This document shows, in pieces, positions 38,701-53,349 of a DNA stretch of 64,000 bases (positions are counted from its first letter, which is position 1; the number at the start of each line of letters is the position of its first letter). Source of the stretch: Mayamaea pseudoterrestris (Eukaryota); assembly GCA_027923505.1 (NCBI GenBank), contig BROI01000030.1, forward strand, positions 62,001 to 126,000, read 5' to 3'. A program made the position numbers and the translations under genes. The notes beneath the pieces were generated by a model, which worked only from the letters and a program-made list of their open reading frames with translations, made no database searches and was not told the origin of the DNA.

Positions 38701-41700
38701 CCTGAATAATCATGTTCGCACCATTCTGCTGTCCTTTGGGCCTACACACGGCCTGCTGTACGGGCATTTGAATGTCACGGCATCTGCAGGCTGAGACTGG
38801 TGACAAGTTGTCACCAATATCATTGCCGTCCCCCGAGACACTAGCCAGGCATACCATCTTGTAGCGCAGCCTGAATAATGATGTTGGCACCATTCTGGTG
38901 TCATTTGGGTGTATACATGGCCTGCTGTAGGGGCGTTTGAATGTCACGGCATCTGCGGGCTGAGACTGGTGACAAGTTGTCACCAATATCATTGCCGTCC
39001 CCTGAGACACTAGCCAGGCATACCATCTTGTAGCGCAGCCTGAATAATGATGTTGGCACCATTCTGGTGTCATTTGGGTGTATACATGGCCTGCTGTAGG
39101 GGCGTTTGAATGTCACGGCATCTGCAGGCTGAGACTGGTGACAAGTTGTCACCAATATCATTGCCGCCCCCTGAGACACTAGCCAGGCATACCATCTTGT
39201 AGCGCAGCCTGAATAATGATGTTGGCACCATTCTGGTGTCATTTGGGTGTATACATGGCCTGCTGTAGGGGCGTTTGAATGTCACGGCATTTGCAGGCTG
39301 AGACTGGTGACAAGTTGTCACCAATATCATTGCCGTCCCCTGAGACACTAGCCAGGCATACCATCTTGTAGCGCAGCCTGAATAATGATGTTGGCACCAT
39401 TCTGGTGTCATTTGGGTGTATACATGGCCTGCTGTAGGGGCGTTTGAATGTCACGGCATCTGCAGGCTGAGACTGGTGACAAGTTGTCACCAATATCATT
39501 GCCGTCCCCTGAGACACTAGCCAGGCATACCATCTTGTAGCGCAGCCTGAATAATGATGTTGGCACCATTCTGGTGTCATTTGGGTATATACATAGCCTG
39601 CTGTAGGGGCGTTTGAATGTCACGGCATCCGCGGGCTGAGACTGGTGACAAGTTGTCACCAATATCATTGCCATTCCTCGAGACACTAGCCAGGCATACC
39701 ATCTTGTAGCGCAGCCTGAATAATGATGTTGGCACCATTCTGGTGTCATTTGGGTACCTACAGGGCCTGCTGTAGGGGCGTTTGAATGTCACGGCATCTG
39801 CAGGCTGAGACTGGTGACAAGTTGTCACCAATATCATTGCCGTCCCCTGAGACACTAGCCAGGCATACCATCTTGTTGCGCAGCCTGAATAATGATGTTG
39901 GCACCATTCTGGTGTCATTTGGGTGTATACATGGCCTGCTGTAGGGGCGTTTGAATGTCACGGCATCTGCAGGCTGAGACTGGTGACAAGTTGTCACCAA
40001 TCACAATGCCGTCCCCAGAGACACTAGCCAGGCATACCATCTTGTAGCGCAGCCTGAATGATGATGTTGGCACCATTCTGGTGTCATTTGGGTGTATACA
40101 TGGCCTGCTGTAGGGGCGTTTGAATGTCACGGCATCTGCGGGCTGAGACTGGTGACAAGTTGTCACCAATATCATTGCCGTCCCCTGAGACACTAGCCAG
40201 GCATACCATCTTGTAGCGCAGCCTGAATAATGATGTTGGCACCATTCTGGTGTCATTTGGGTGTATACATGGCCTGCTGTAGGGGCGTTTGAATGTCACG
40301 GCATCTGCAGGCTGAGACTGGTGACAAGTTGTCACCAATATCATTGCCGTCCCCTGAGACACTAGCCAGGCATACCATCTTGTAGCGCAGCCTGAATAAT
40401 GATGTTGGCACCATTCTGGTGTCATTTGGGTGTATACATGGCCTGCTGTAGGGGCGTTTGAATGTCACGGCATCTGCAGGCTGAGACTGGTGACAAGTTG
40501 TCACCAATATCATTGCCGTCCCCTGAGACACTAGCCAGGCATACCATCTTGTAGCGCAGCCTGAATAATGATGTTGGCACCATTCTGGTGTCATTTGGGT
40601 GTATACATGGCCTGCTGTAGGGGCGTTTGAATGTCACGGCATCTGCAGGCTGAGACTGGTGACAAGTTGTCACCAATATCATTGCCGTCCCCTGAGACAC
40701 TAGCCAGGCATACCATCTTGTAGCGCAGCCTGAATAATGATGTTGGCACCATTCTGGTGTCATTTGGGTGTACTACATGGCCTGCTGTAGGGGCGTTTGA
40801 ATGTCACGGCATCTGCAGGCTGAGACTGGTGACAAGTTGTCACCAATATCATTGCCGTCCCCTGAGACACTAGCCAGGCATACCATCTTGTAGCGCAGCC
40901 TGAATAATGATGTTGGCACCATTCTGGTGTCATTTGGGTGTATACATGGCCTGCTGTAGGGGCGTTTGAATGTCACGGCATCTGCAGGCTGAGACTGGTG
41001 ACAAGTTGTCACCAATATCATTGCACGCCCCTGAGACACTAGCCAGGCATACCATCTTGTAGCGCAGCCTGAATAATGATGTTGGCACCATTCTGGTGTC
41101 ATTTGGGTGTATACAGGGCCTGCTGTAGGGGCGTTTGAATGTCACGGCATCTGCAGGCTGAGACTGGTGACAAGTTGTCACCAATATCATTGCCGTCCCC
41201 TGAGACACTAGCCAGGCATACCATCTTGTAGCGCAGCCTGAATAATGATGTTGGCACCATTCTGGTGTCATTTGGGTGTATACATGGCCTGCTGTAGGGG
41301 CGTTTGAATGTCACGGCATCTGCAGGCTGAGACTGGTGACAAGTTGTCACCAATATCATTGCCGTCCCCTGAGACACTAGCCAGGCATACCATCTTGTAG
41401 CGCAGCCTGAATAATGATGTTGGCACCATTCTGGTGTCATTTGGGTGCATACATGGCCTGCTGTAGGGGCGTTTGAATGTCACGGCATCTGCAGGCTGAG
41501 ACTGGTGACAAGTTGTCACCAATATCATTGCCGTCCCCTGAGACACTAGCCAGGCATACCATCTTGTAGCGCAGCCTGAATAATGATGTTGGCACCATTC
41601 TGGTGTCATTTGGGTGTATACATGGCCTGCTGTAGGGGCGTTTGAATGTCACGGCATCTGCAGGCTGAGACTGGTGACAAGTTGTCACCAATATCATTGC

Positions 41701-44700
41701 CGTCCCCTGAGACACTAGCCAGGCATACCATCTTGTAGCGCAGCCTGAATAATGATGTTGGCACCATTCTGGTGTCATTTGGGTGTATACATGGCCTGCT
41801 GTAGGGGCGTTTGAATGTCACGGCATCTGCGGGCTGAGACTGGTGACAAGTTGTCACCAATATCATTGCCGTCCCCTGAGACACTAGCCAGGCATACCAT
41901 CTTGTAGCGCAGCCTGAATAATGATGTTGGCACCATTCTGGTGTATTTTGGGCACCTACAGGGCTTGCTGTAGGGCGTTTGAATGTCACGGCATCTGCGG
42001 GCTGAGACTGGTGACAAGTTGTCACCAATATCATTGCCGTCCCCTGAGACACTAGCCAGGCATACCATCTTGTAGCGCAGCCTGAATAATGATGTTGGCA
42101 CCATTCTGGTGTCATTTGGGTGCATACATGGCCTGCTGTAGGGGCGTTTGAATGTCACGGCATCTGCAGGCTGAGACTGGTGACAAGTTGTCACCAATAT
42201 CATTGCCGTCCCCAAGACACTAGCCAGGCATACCATCTTGTAGCGCAGCCTGAATAATTGATGTTGGCACCATTCTGGTGTCATTTGGGTGTATACATGG
42301 CCTGCTGTGGGGGCGTTTGAATGTCACGGCATCTGCGGGCTGAGACTGGTGACAAGTTGTCACCAATATCATTGCCGTCCCCTGAGACACTAGCCAGGCA
42401 TACCATCTTGTAGCGCAGCCTGAATAATGATGTTGGCACCATTCTGGTGTCATTTGGGTGTATACAGGGCTTGCTGTAGGGGCGTTTGAATGTCACGGCA
42501 TCTGCAGGCTGAGACTGGTGACAAGTTGTCACCAATATCATTGCCGTCCCCTGAGACACTAGCCAGGCATACCATCTTGTAGCGCAGCCTGAATAATGAT
42601 GTTGGCACCATTCTGGTGTCATTTGGGTGTATACATGGCCTGCTGGGGGGTTGAATGTCACGGCATCTGCAGGCTGAGACTGGTGACAAGTTGTCACCAA
42701 TATCATTGCCGTCCCCGAGACACAGCCAGGCATACCATCTTGTAGCGCAGCCTGAATAATGATGTTGGCACCATTCTGGTGTCATTTGGGTGTATACATG
42801 GCCTGCTGTAGGGGCGTTTGAATGTCACGGCATCTGCAGGCTGAGACTGGTGACAAGTTGTCACCAATATCATTGCCGTCCCCTGAGACACTAGCCAGGC
42901 ATACCATCTTGTTAGCGCAGCCTGAATAATGATGTTGGCACCATTCTGGTGTCATTTGGGTGCATACATGGCCTGCTGTAGGGGCGTTTGAATGTCACGG
43001 CATCTGCAGGCTGAGACTGGTGACAAGTTGTCACCAATATCATTGCCGTCCCCTGAGACACTAGCCAGGCATACCATCTTGTAGCGCAGCCTGAATAATG
43101 ATGTTGGCACCATTCTGGTGTCATTTGGGTGTATACATGGCCTGCTGTAGGGGCGTCGAATGTCACAGCATCTGCAGGCTGAGAGCGGTGACCAAGTGTC
43201 ACCAATAGCATTGCCGTCCCCTGAGACACTAGCCAGGCATACCATCTTGTAGCGCAGCCTGAATAATGATGTTGGCACCATTCTGGTGTCATTTGGGTGT
43301 ATACATGGCCTGCTGTAGGGGCGTTTGAATGTCACGGCATCTGCAGGCTGAGACTGGTGACAAGTTGTCACCAATATCATTGCCGTCCCCTGAGACACTA
43401 GCCAGGCATACCATCTTGTAACCCAGCCTGAATAATGATGTTGGCACCATTCTGGTGTCATTTGGTTATATTCATGGCCTGCTGTAGGGGCGTTTGAGTG
43501 GCACGGCATCTGCGGCCTGAGACTGGTGACAAGTTTTCACCAATATCATTGCTGTGCTTGAGACACTATCCAGGCATACCATCTTGTAGCGCAGCCTGAA
43601 TAATGATGTTGGCACCATTCTGGTGTCATTTGGGTGTATACATGGCCTGCTGTAGGGGCGTTTGAATGTCACGGCATCTGCAGGCTGAGACTGGTGACAA
43701 GTTGTCACCAATATCATTGCCGTCCCCTGAGACACTAGCCAGGCATACCATCTTGTAGCGCAGCCTGAATAATGATGTTGGCACCATTCTGGTGTCATTT
43801 GGGTGTATACATGGCCTGCTGAAGGGCGTTTGAATGTCACGGCATCTGCAGGCTGAGACTGGTGACAAGTTGTCACCAATATCATTGCCGTCCCCTGAGA
43901 CACTAGCCAGGCATACCATCTTGTAGCGCAGCCTGAATAATGATGTTGGCACCATTCTGGTGTCATTTGGGTGTATACATGGCCTGCTGTAGGGGCGTTT
44001 GAATGTCACGGCATCTGCAGGCTGAGACTGGTGACAAGTTGTCACCAATATCATTGCCGTCCCCTGAGACACTAGCCAGGCATACCATCTTGTAGCGCAG
44101 CCTGAATAATGATGTTGGCACCATTCTGGTGTCATTTGGGTGCCTACAGGGCCTGCTGTAGGGGCGTTTGAATGTCACGGCATCTGCAGGCTGAGACTGG
44201 TGACAAGTTGTCACCAATATCATTGCCGTCCCCTGAGACACTAGCCAGGCATACCATCTTGTTGCGCAGCCTGAATAATGATGTTGGCACCATTCTGGTG
44301 TCATTTGGGTGTATACATGGCCTGCTGTAGGGGCGTTTGAATGTCACGGCATCTGCAGGCTGAGACTGGTGACAAGTTGTCACCAATATCATTGCCGTCC
44401 CCTGAGACACTAGCCAGGCATACCATCTTGTAGCGCAGCCTGAATAATGATGTTGGCACCATTCTGGTGTCATTTGGGTACATACAGGGCCTGCTGTAGG
44501 GGCGTTTGAATGTCACGGCATCTGCAGGCTGAGACTGGTGACAAGTTGTCACCAATATCATTGCCGTCCCCTGAGACACTAGCCAGGCATACCATCTTGT
44601 AGCGCAGCCTGAATAATGATGTTGGCACCATTCTGGTGTCATTTGGGCGTATACAGGGCCTGCTGTAGGGGCGTTTGAATGTCACGGCATCTGCAGGCTG

Positions 44701-47700
44701 AGACTGGTGACAAGTTGTCACCAATATCATTGCTGTCCCCTGAGACACTAGCCAGGCATACCATCTTGTAGCGCAGCCTGAATAATGATGTTGGCACCAT
44801 TCTGGTGTCATTTGGGTGTATACATGGCCTGCTGTAGGGGCGTTTGAATGTCACGGCATCTGCAGGCTGAGACTGGTGACAAGTTGTCACCAATATCATT
44901 GCCGTCCCCCGAGACACTAGCCAGGCATACCATCTTGTAGCGCAGCCTGTATAATGATGCTGGCACCATTCTGGTGTCATTTGGGTGTAGACATAGCCTG
45001 CTGTAGGGGCATTTGAATGTCACGGCATCCACGGGCTGAGACTGGTGACAAGTTGTCACCAATATCATTGCTTTTCCTTGAGACACTATCCAGGCATACC
45101 ATCTTGTAGCTCAGCCTGAATAATGATGTTGGCACCATTCTGGTGTCATTTGGGTGTATACAGGGCTTGCTGTAGGGGCGTTTGAATGTCACGGCATCTG
45201 CAGGCTGAGACTGGTGACAAGTTGTCACCAATATCATTGCCGTCCCCTGAGACACTAGCCAGGCATACCATCTTGTAGCGCAGCCTGAATAATGATGTTG
45301 GCACCATTCTGGTGTCATTTGGGTGTATACATGGCCTGCTGTAGGGGCGTTTGAATGTCACGGCATCTGCAGGCTGAGACTGGTGACAAGTTGTCACCAA
45401 TATCATTGCCGTCCCCTGAGACACTAGCCAGGCATACCATCTTGTAGCGCAGCCTGAATAATGATGTTGGCACCATTCTGGTGTCATTTGGGTGTATACA
45501 TGGCCTGCTGTAGGGGCGTTTGAATGTCACGGCATCTGCAGGCTGAGACTGGTGACAAGTTGTCACCAATATCATTGCCGTCCCCTGAGACACTAGCCAG
45601 GCATACCATCTTGTTGCGCAGCCTGAATAATGATGTTGGCACCATTCTGGTATCATTTGGGCACCTACATGGCCTGCTGTAGGGGCATTTGAATGTCATG
45701 GCATCTGCGGGCTGAGACTGGTGACAAGTTGTCACCAATATCATTGCCGTCCCCTGAGACACTAGCCAGGCATACCATCTTGTAGCGCAGCCTGAATAAT
45801 GATGTTGGCACCATTCTGGTGTCATTTGGGTGTATACATGGCCTGCTGTAGGGGCGTTTGAATGTCACGGCATCTGCGGGCTGAGACTGGTGACAAGTTG
45901 TCACCAATATCATTGCTGTCCCCTGAGACACTAGCCAGGCATATCATCTTGTAGCGCAGCCTGAATAATGATGTTGGCACCATTCTGGTGTCATTTGGGT
46001 GTATACATGGCCTGCTGTAGGGGCGTTTGAATGTCACGGCATCTGCAGGCTGAGACTGGTGACAAGTTGTCACCAATATCATTGCCGTCCCCTGAGACAC
46101 TAGCCAGGCATACCAGCTTGTAGCGCAGCCTGAATAATGATGCTGGCACCATTCTGGTGTAATTTGGGCGTATACATGGCCCGCTGTAGGGGGGTTTGAA
46201 TGTCACGGCATCTGCAGGCTGAGACTGGTGACAAGTTGTCACCAATATCATTGCCGTCCCCTGAGACACTAGCCAGGCATACCATCTTGTAGCGCAGCCT
46301 GAATAATGATGTTGGCACCATTCTGGTGTCATTTGGGTGTACCTACATGGCCTGCTGTAGGGGGCGTTTGAATGTCACGGCATCTGCAGGCTGAGACTGG
46401 TGACAAGTTGTCACCAATATCATTGCCGTCCCCGAGACACTAGCCAGGCATACCATCTTGTAGCGCAGCCTGTATAATGATGTTGGCTCCATTCTGGTGT
46501 CATTTGGGCGTCTACAGGGCCTGCTGTAGGGGCGTTTGAATGTCACGGCATCTGCAGGCTGAGACTGGTGACAAGTTGTCACCAATATCATTGCCGTCCC
46601 CTGAGACACTAGCCAGGCATACCATCTTGTAGCGCAGCCTGAATAATGATGTTGGCACCATTCTGGTGTCATTTGGGGTATACATGGCCTGCTGTAGGGG
46701 CGTTTGAATGTCACGGCATCTGCAGGCTGAGACTGGTGACAAGTTGTCACCAATATCATTGCCGTCTCCTGAGACACCAGCCAGGCATACCATCTTGTAG
46801 CGCAGCCTGAATAATGATGTTAGCACCATTCTGGTGTCATTTGGGTGTATACATAGCCTGCTATAGGGGCGATTGAATGCGGCATCTGCCGGCTGAGACT
46901 GGTGACAAGTTGTCACCAATCACAATGCCATCCCCAGAGACACACGCCAGGCATACCATCTTGTAGCGCAGCCGGAATGATGATGCTGGCACCATTCTGG
47001 TGTCATTTGGGTGTATACATGGCCTGCTGTAGGGGTGTTTGAATGTCACGGCATCTGCAGGCTGAGACTGGTGACAAGTTGTCACCAATATCATTGCCGT
47101 CCCCTGAGACACTAGCCAGGCATACCATCTTGTAGCGCAGCCTGAATAATGATGTTGGCACCATTCTGGTGTCATTTGGGTGTATACAGGCCTGCTGTAG
47201 GGCGTTGAATGTCACGGCATCTGCCGGATGAGACTGGTGACAAGTTGTCACCAATATCATTGCCTCCCCTGAGACACTAGCCAGGCATATCATCTTGTAG
47301 CGCAGCCTGAATAATGATGTTGGCACCATTCTGGTGTCATTTGGGTGTATACATAGCCTGCTGTAGGGCGCTTGAATGTCACGGCATCTGCAGGCTGAGA
47401 CTGGTGACAAGCTGTCACCAATATCATTGCCGTCACCTGAGACACTAGCCAGGCATACCATCTTGTAGCGCAGCCTGAATAATGATGTTGGCACCATTCT
47501 GGTGTCATTTGGGTATACATGGCCTGCTGTAGGGCGTTTGAATGTCACGGCATCTGCAGCTGAGACTGGTGACAAGTTGTCACCAATATCATTGCCGTCC
47601 CCTGAGACACTAGCCAGGCATACCATCTTGTAGCGCAGCCTGAATAATGATGTTGGCACCATTCTGGTGTCATTTGGGTGCATACATGGCCTGCTGTAGG

Positions 47701-50700
47701 GGCGCTTGAATGTCACGGCATCTGCGGGCTCAGACTGGTGACAAGTTGTCACCAATATCATTGCCGTCCCCTGAGACACTAGCCAGGCATACCATCTTGT
47801 AGCGCAGCCTGAATAATGATGTTGGCACCATTCTGGTGTCATTTGGGTGTATACGGGCCTGCTGTAGGGCGTTTGAATGTCACGGCATCTGCAAGGCTGA
47901 GACTGGTGACAAGTTGTCACCAATATCATTGCCGTCCCCTGAGACACTAGCCAGGCATACCATCTTGTAGCGCAGCCTGAATAATGATGTTGGCACCATT
48001 CTGGCTCATTTGGGTGTATACATGGCCTGCTGTAGGGGCGTTTGAATGTCACGGCATCTGCAGGCTGAGACTGGCGACAAGTTGTCACCAATACATTGCC
48101 GTCCCCTGAGACACTAGCCAGGCATACCATCTTGTAGCGCAGCCTGAATAATGATGTTGGCACCATCTGGTGTCATTTGGTGTACCTACAGGGCCTGCGG
48201 TAGGGGGGTTGAATGTCACGGCATCTGCGGGCTGAGACTGGTGACAAGTTGTCACCAATATCATTGCCGTCCCCTGAGACACAGCCAGGCAACCATCTTG
48301 TAGCGCAGCCTGAATAATGATGTTGGCACCATTCTGGTGTCATTTGGGTGCAACAGGGCCTGCGTAGGGGCGAATGTCACGGCATCTGCAGGCTGAGACT
48401 GGTGACAAGTTGTCACCAATTCATTGCCGCCCCTGAGACACTAGCCAGGCATACCATCTTGTAGCGCAGCCTGAATAATGATGTTGGCACCATTCTGGTG
48501 TCATTTGGGTGCATACATGGCCTGCTGTAGGGCGTTGAATGTCACGGCATCTGCGTGGCTGAGACTGGTGACAAGTTGTCACCAATATCATTGCCGTCCC
48601 CCGAGACACTAGCCAGGCATATAATCTTGTTGCGCAGCCTGAATAATGATGTTGGCACCATTCTGGTTTCTTTTGGGTATAAACAGGGCCTGCTGTAGGG
48701 GCGTTTGAATGTCACGGCATCTGCAGGCGAGACTGGTGACAAGTTGTCACCAATATCATTGCCGTCCCCGAGACACTAGCCAGGCATACCATCTGTTGCG
48801 CAGCCTGAAAATTGATGTTGGCACCATTCTGGTGTCATTTGGGTGTATACATGGCCTGCTGTAGGGGCGTTTGAATGTCACGGCATCTGCAGGCTGAGAC
48901 TGGTGACAAGTTGTCACCAATATCATTGCCGCCCTGAGACACCAGCCAGGCATACATCTTGTAGCGCAGCCTGAATAATGATGTTGGCACCATTCTGGTG
49001 TCATTTGGGTGTATACATGGCCTGCTGTAGGGGCGTTTGAATGTCACGGCATCTGCGGGCTGAGCCTGGTGACAAGTTGTCACATATACCATTGCATCCC
49101 CTGAGACACCAGCCAGGCATATCATCTTGTAGCGCAGCCTGAATAATGATGTTGGCACCATTCTGGTGTCATTTGGGCGCCTACAGGGCCTGCTGTAGAG
49201 GCGTTTGAATGTCACGGCATCTGCAGGCTGAGACTGGTGACAAGTTGTCACCAATATCATTGCCATCCCCTGAGACACTAGCCAGGCATACCATCTTGTA
49301 GCGCAGCCTGAATAATGATGTTGGCACCATTCTGGTGTCATTTGGGTGTATACATGGCCTGCTGTAGGGGCGTTTGAATGTCACGGCATCTGCAGGCTGA
49401 GACTGGTGACAAGTTGTCACCAATATCATTACCGACCCTGAGACACTAGCCAGGCATACCATCTTGTAGCGCAGCCTGAATAATGATGTTGGCACCATTC
49501 TGGTGTCATTTGGGTGTACTACATGGCCTGCTGTAGGGGCGTTGAATGTCACGGCATCTGCAGGCTGAGACTGGTGACAAGTTGTCACCAATATCATTGC
49601 CACCCCTGAGACACTAGCCAGGCATACCATCTTGTAGCGCAGCCTGAATAATGATGTTGGCACCATTCTGGTGTCATTTGGGCGTACATGGCCTGCTGTA
49701 GGGGCTTGAATGTCACGGCATCTGCAGGCTGAGACTGGTGACAAGTTGTCACCAATATCATTGCCGTCCCTGAGACACTAGCCAGGCATACCATCTTATA
49801 GCGCAGCCTGAATAATGATGTTGGCACCATTCTGGTGTAATTTGGGGCACCTACATGGCCTGCTGTAGGGGCGTGAATGTCACGGCATCTGCAGGCTGAG
49901 ACTGGTGACAAGTTGTCACCAATATCATTGCCGCCCCTGAGACACAGCCAGGCATACCATCTTGTAGCGCAGCCTGAATAATGATGTTGGCACCATTCTG
50001 GTGTCATTTGGGTGTATACATGGCCCGCTGTAGGGGCGTTTGAATGTCACGGCATCTGCAGGCTGAGACTGGTGACAAGTTGTCACCAATATCATTGCCG
50101 TCCCCTGAGACACTAGCCAGGCATACCATCTTGTAGCGCAGCCTGAATATTGATGTTGGCACCATTCTGGTGTCATTTGAGTGTATACATGGCCTGCTTA
50201 GGGGCGTTTGAATGTCACGGCATCGGCAGGCTGAGACTGGTGACAAGTTGTCACCAATATCATTGCCGTCCCCTGAGACACTAGCCAGGCATACCAGCTT
50301 GTAGCGCAGCCTGAATAATGATGTTGGCACCATTCTGGTGTCATTTGGGTGTATACATGGCCTGCTGTAGGGGCGTTTGAATGTCACGGCATCTGCGGGC
50401 TGAGACTGGTGACAAGTTGTCACCAATATCATTGCCGTCCCCTGAGACACTAGCCAGGCATACCATCTTGTAGCGCAGCCTGAATAATGATGTTGGCACC
50501 ATTCTGGTGTCATTTGGGCGCATACAGGCCTCTGTAGGGGCGTTGAATGTCACGGCATCTGCAGGCTGAGACTGGTGACAAGTTGTCACCAATACATTGC
50601 CGTCCCCTGAGACACTAGCCAGGCATACCATCTTGTAGCGCAGCCTGAATAATGATGTTGGCACCATTCTGGTGTAATTTGGGTGTATACATGGCCTGCT

Positions 50701-53349
50701 GAAGGGCGTTTGAATGTCACGGCATCTGCAGGCTGAGACTGGTGACAAGTTGTCACCAATATCATTGCCGTCCCCTGAGACACTAGCCAGGCATACCATC
50801 TTGTAGCGCAGCCTGAATAATGATGTTGGCACCATTCTGGTGTATTTTGGGCACATACAGGGCCTGCTGTAGGGGCGTTTGAATGTCACGGCATCTGCAG
50901 GCTGAGACTGGTGACAAGTTGTCACCAATATCATTGCCATCCCCTGAGACACTAGCCAGGCATACCGTCTTGTAGCTCAGCCTGTATAATGATGTTGGCA
51001 CCATTCTGGTGTCATTTGGGTGTATACATGGCCTGCTGTAGGGGCGTTTGAATGTCACGGCATCCGCGGGCTGAGACTGGTGACAAGTTGTCACCAAATT
51101 CATTGCCGTCCCCGAGACACTAGCCAGGCATACCATCTTGTAGCGCAGCCTGAATAATGATGTTGGCACCAATCTGGTGTCATTTGGGTGTATACATGGC
51201 CTGCTGTAGGGGCGTTTGAATGTCACGGCATCTGCAGGCTGAGACTGGTGACAAGTTGTCACCAATAACATTGCCGTCCCCGAGACACTAGCCAGGCATA
51301 CCATTGTAGCGCAGCCTGAATAATGATGTTGGCACCATTCTGGCGTATTTGGGTGTACCTACAGGGACTGCTGTAGGGGCATTTGAATGTCACGGCATCT
51401 GCGGGCTGAGACTGGTGACAAGTTGTCACCAATATCATTACCGACCCTGAGACACTAGCCAGGCATACCATCTTGTAGCGCAGCCTGAATAATGATGTTG
51501 GCACCATTCTGGTGATATTTGGTTGTATATATGGCCTGCTGTAGGGCGTTTGAATGTCACGGCATCTGCAGGCTGAGACTGGTGACAAGTTGTCACCAAT
51601 ATCATTGCCGTCCCCTGAGACACTAGCCAGGCATACCATCTTGTTGCGCAGCCTGAATAATGATGTTGGCACCATTCTGGTGTTATTTGGTTGTATACAT
51701 GGCCTGCTTAGGGGCGTTGAATGTCACGGCATCTGCAGGCTGAGACTGGTGACAAGTTGTCACCAATATCATTGCCGTCCCCTGAGACACTAGCCAGGCA
51801 TACCATTGTAGCGCAGCCTGAATAATGATGTTGGCACCTCTGGTGTCATTTGGTGTAACAGGGCCTGCTGTAGGCGTTTGAATGTCACGGCATCTGCAGG
51901 CTGAGACTGGTGACAAGTTGTCACCAATATCATTGCCGTCCCCTGAGACACTAGCCAGGCATACCATCTTGTAGCGCAGCCTGAATAATGATGTTGGCAC
52001 CATTCTGGTGTTATTTGGGTGTTTAGATGGCCTGCTGTAGGGGCGTTTGAATGTCACGGCATCTGCAGGCTGAGACTGGTGACAAGTTGTCATGAATATC
52101 ATTGCCGTCCCCTGAGACACTGCCAGGCATACCATCTTGTAGCGCAGCCTGAATAATGATGTTGGCACCATTCTGGTGTCATTTGGGTGCACTACAGGGC
52201 CTGCTGTAGGGGCGTTTGAATGTCACGGCATCTGCAGGCTGAGACTGGTGACAAGTTGTCACCAATATCATTGCCGTCCCCTGAGACACTAGCCAGGCAT
52301 ACCATTTGTAGCGCAGCCTGAATAATGATGTTGGCACCATTCTGGTGACATTTGGGCGTAACTGGCCTGCTGTAGGGCGTTTAAATGTCACGGCATCTGC
52401 AGGCTGAGACTGGTGACAAGTTGTCACCAATATCATTGCCGTCCCCTGAGACACTAGCCAGGCATACCATCTTGTAGCGCAGCCTGAATAATGATGTTGG
52501 CACCATTCTGGTGTCATTTGGGTGCATACATGGCCTGCGTAGGGCGTTTGAATGTCACGGCATCTGCGGGCTGAGACTGGTGACAAGTTGTCACCAATAT
52601 CATTGCCGCCCCCCGAGACACTAGCCAGGCATACCATCTTGTAGCGCAGCCTGAATAATGATGTTGGCACCATTCTGGTGTCATTTGGGGTAATACATGG
52701 CCTGCTGTAGGGCTTTGAATGTCCCGGCATCTGCAGGCTGAGACTGGTGACAAGTTGTCACCAATATCATTGCCGTCCCCTGAGACACTAGCCAGGCATA
52801 CCATCTTGTTGCGCAGCCTGAATAATATGTTTGCACCATCTGGTGTCATTTGGGTGTACTACAGGGCCTGCTGTAGGGGCGTTTGAATGTCACGGCATCT
52901 GCAGGCTGAGACTGGTGACAAGTTGTCACCAATATCATTGCTGTCCCCTGAGACACTAGCCAGGCATACCATCTGTTGCGCAGCCTGAAAATGATGTTGG
53001 CACCATTCTGGTGTCATTAGGGCGTATACATGGCTTGCTGTAGGGGCGTTTGAATGTCACGGCATCTGCGGGCTGAGACTGGTGACAAGTTGTCACCAAT
53101 ATCATTGCCGTCCCCTGAGACACTAGCCAGGCATACCATCTTGTTGCGCAGCCTGAATAATGATGTTGGCACCATTCTGGTGTCATTTGGGTGTAAATGG
53201 CCTGCTGTAGGGGCGTTGATGTCACGGCATCTGCAGGCTGAGACTGGTGACAAGTTGTCACCCATGCCGTCCCCGAGACACTAGCCAGGCATACCATCTT
53301 GTAGCGCAGCCTGAATAATGATGTTGGCACCATTCTGGTGTCATTTGGG

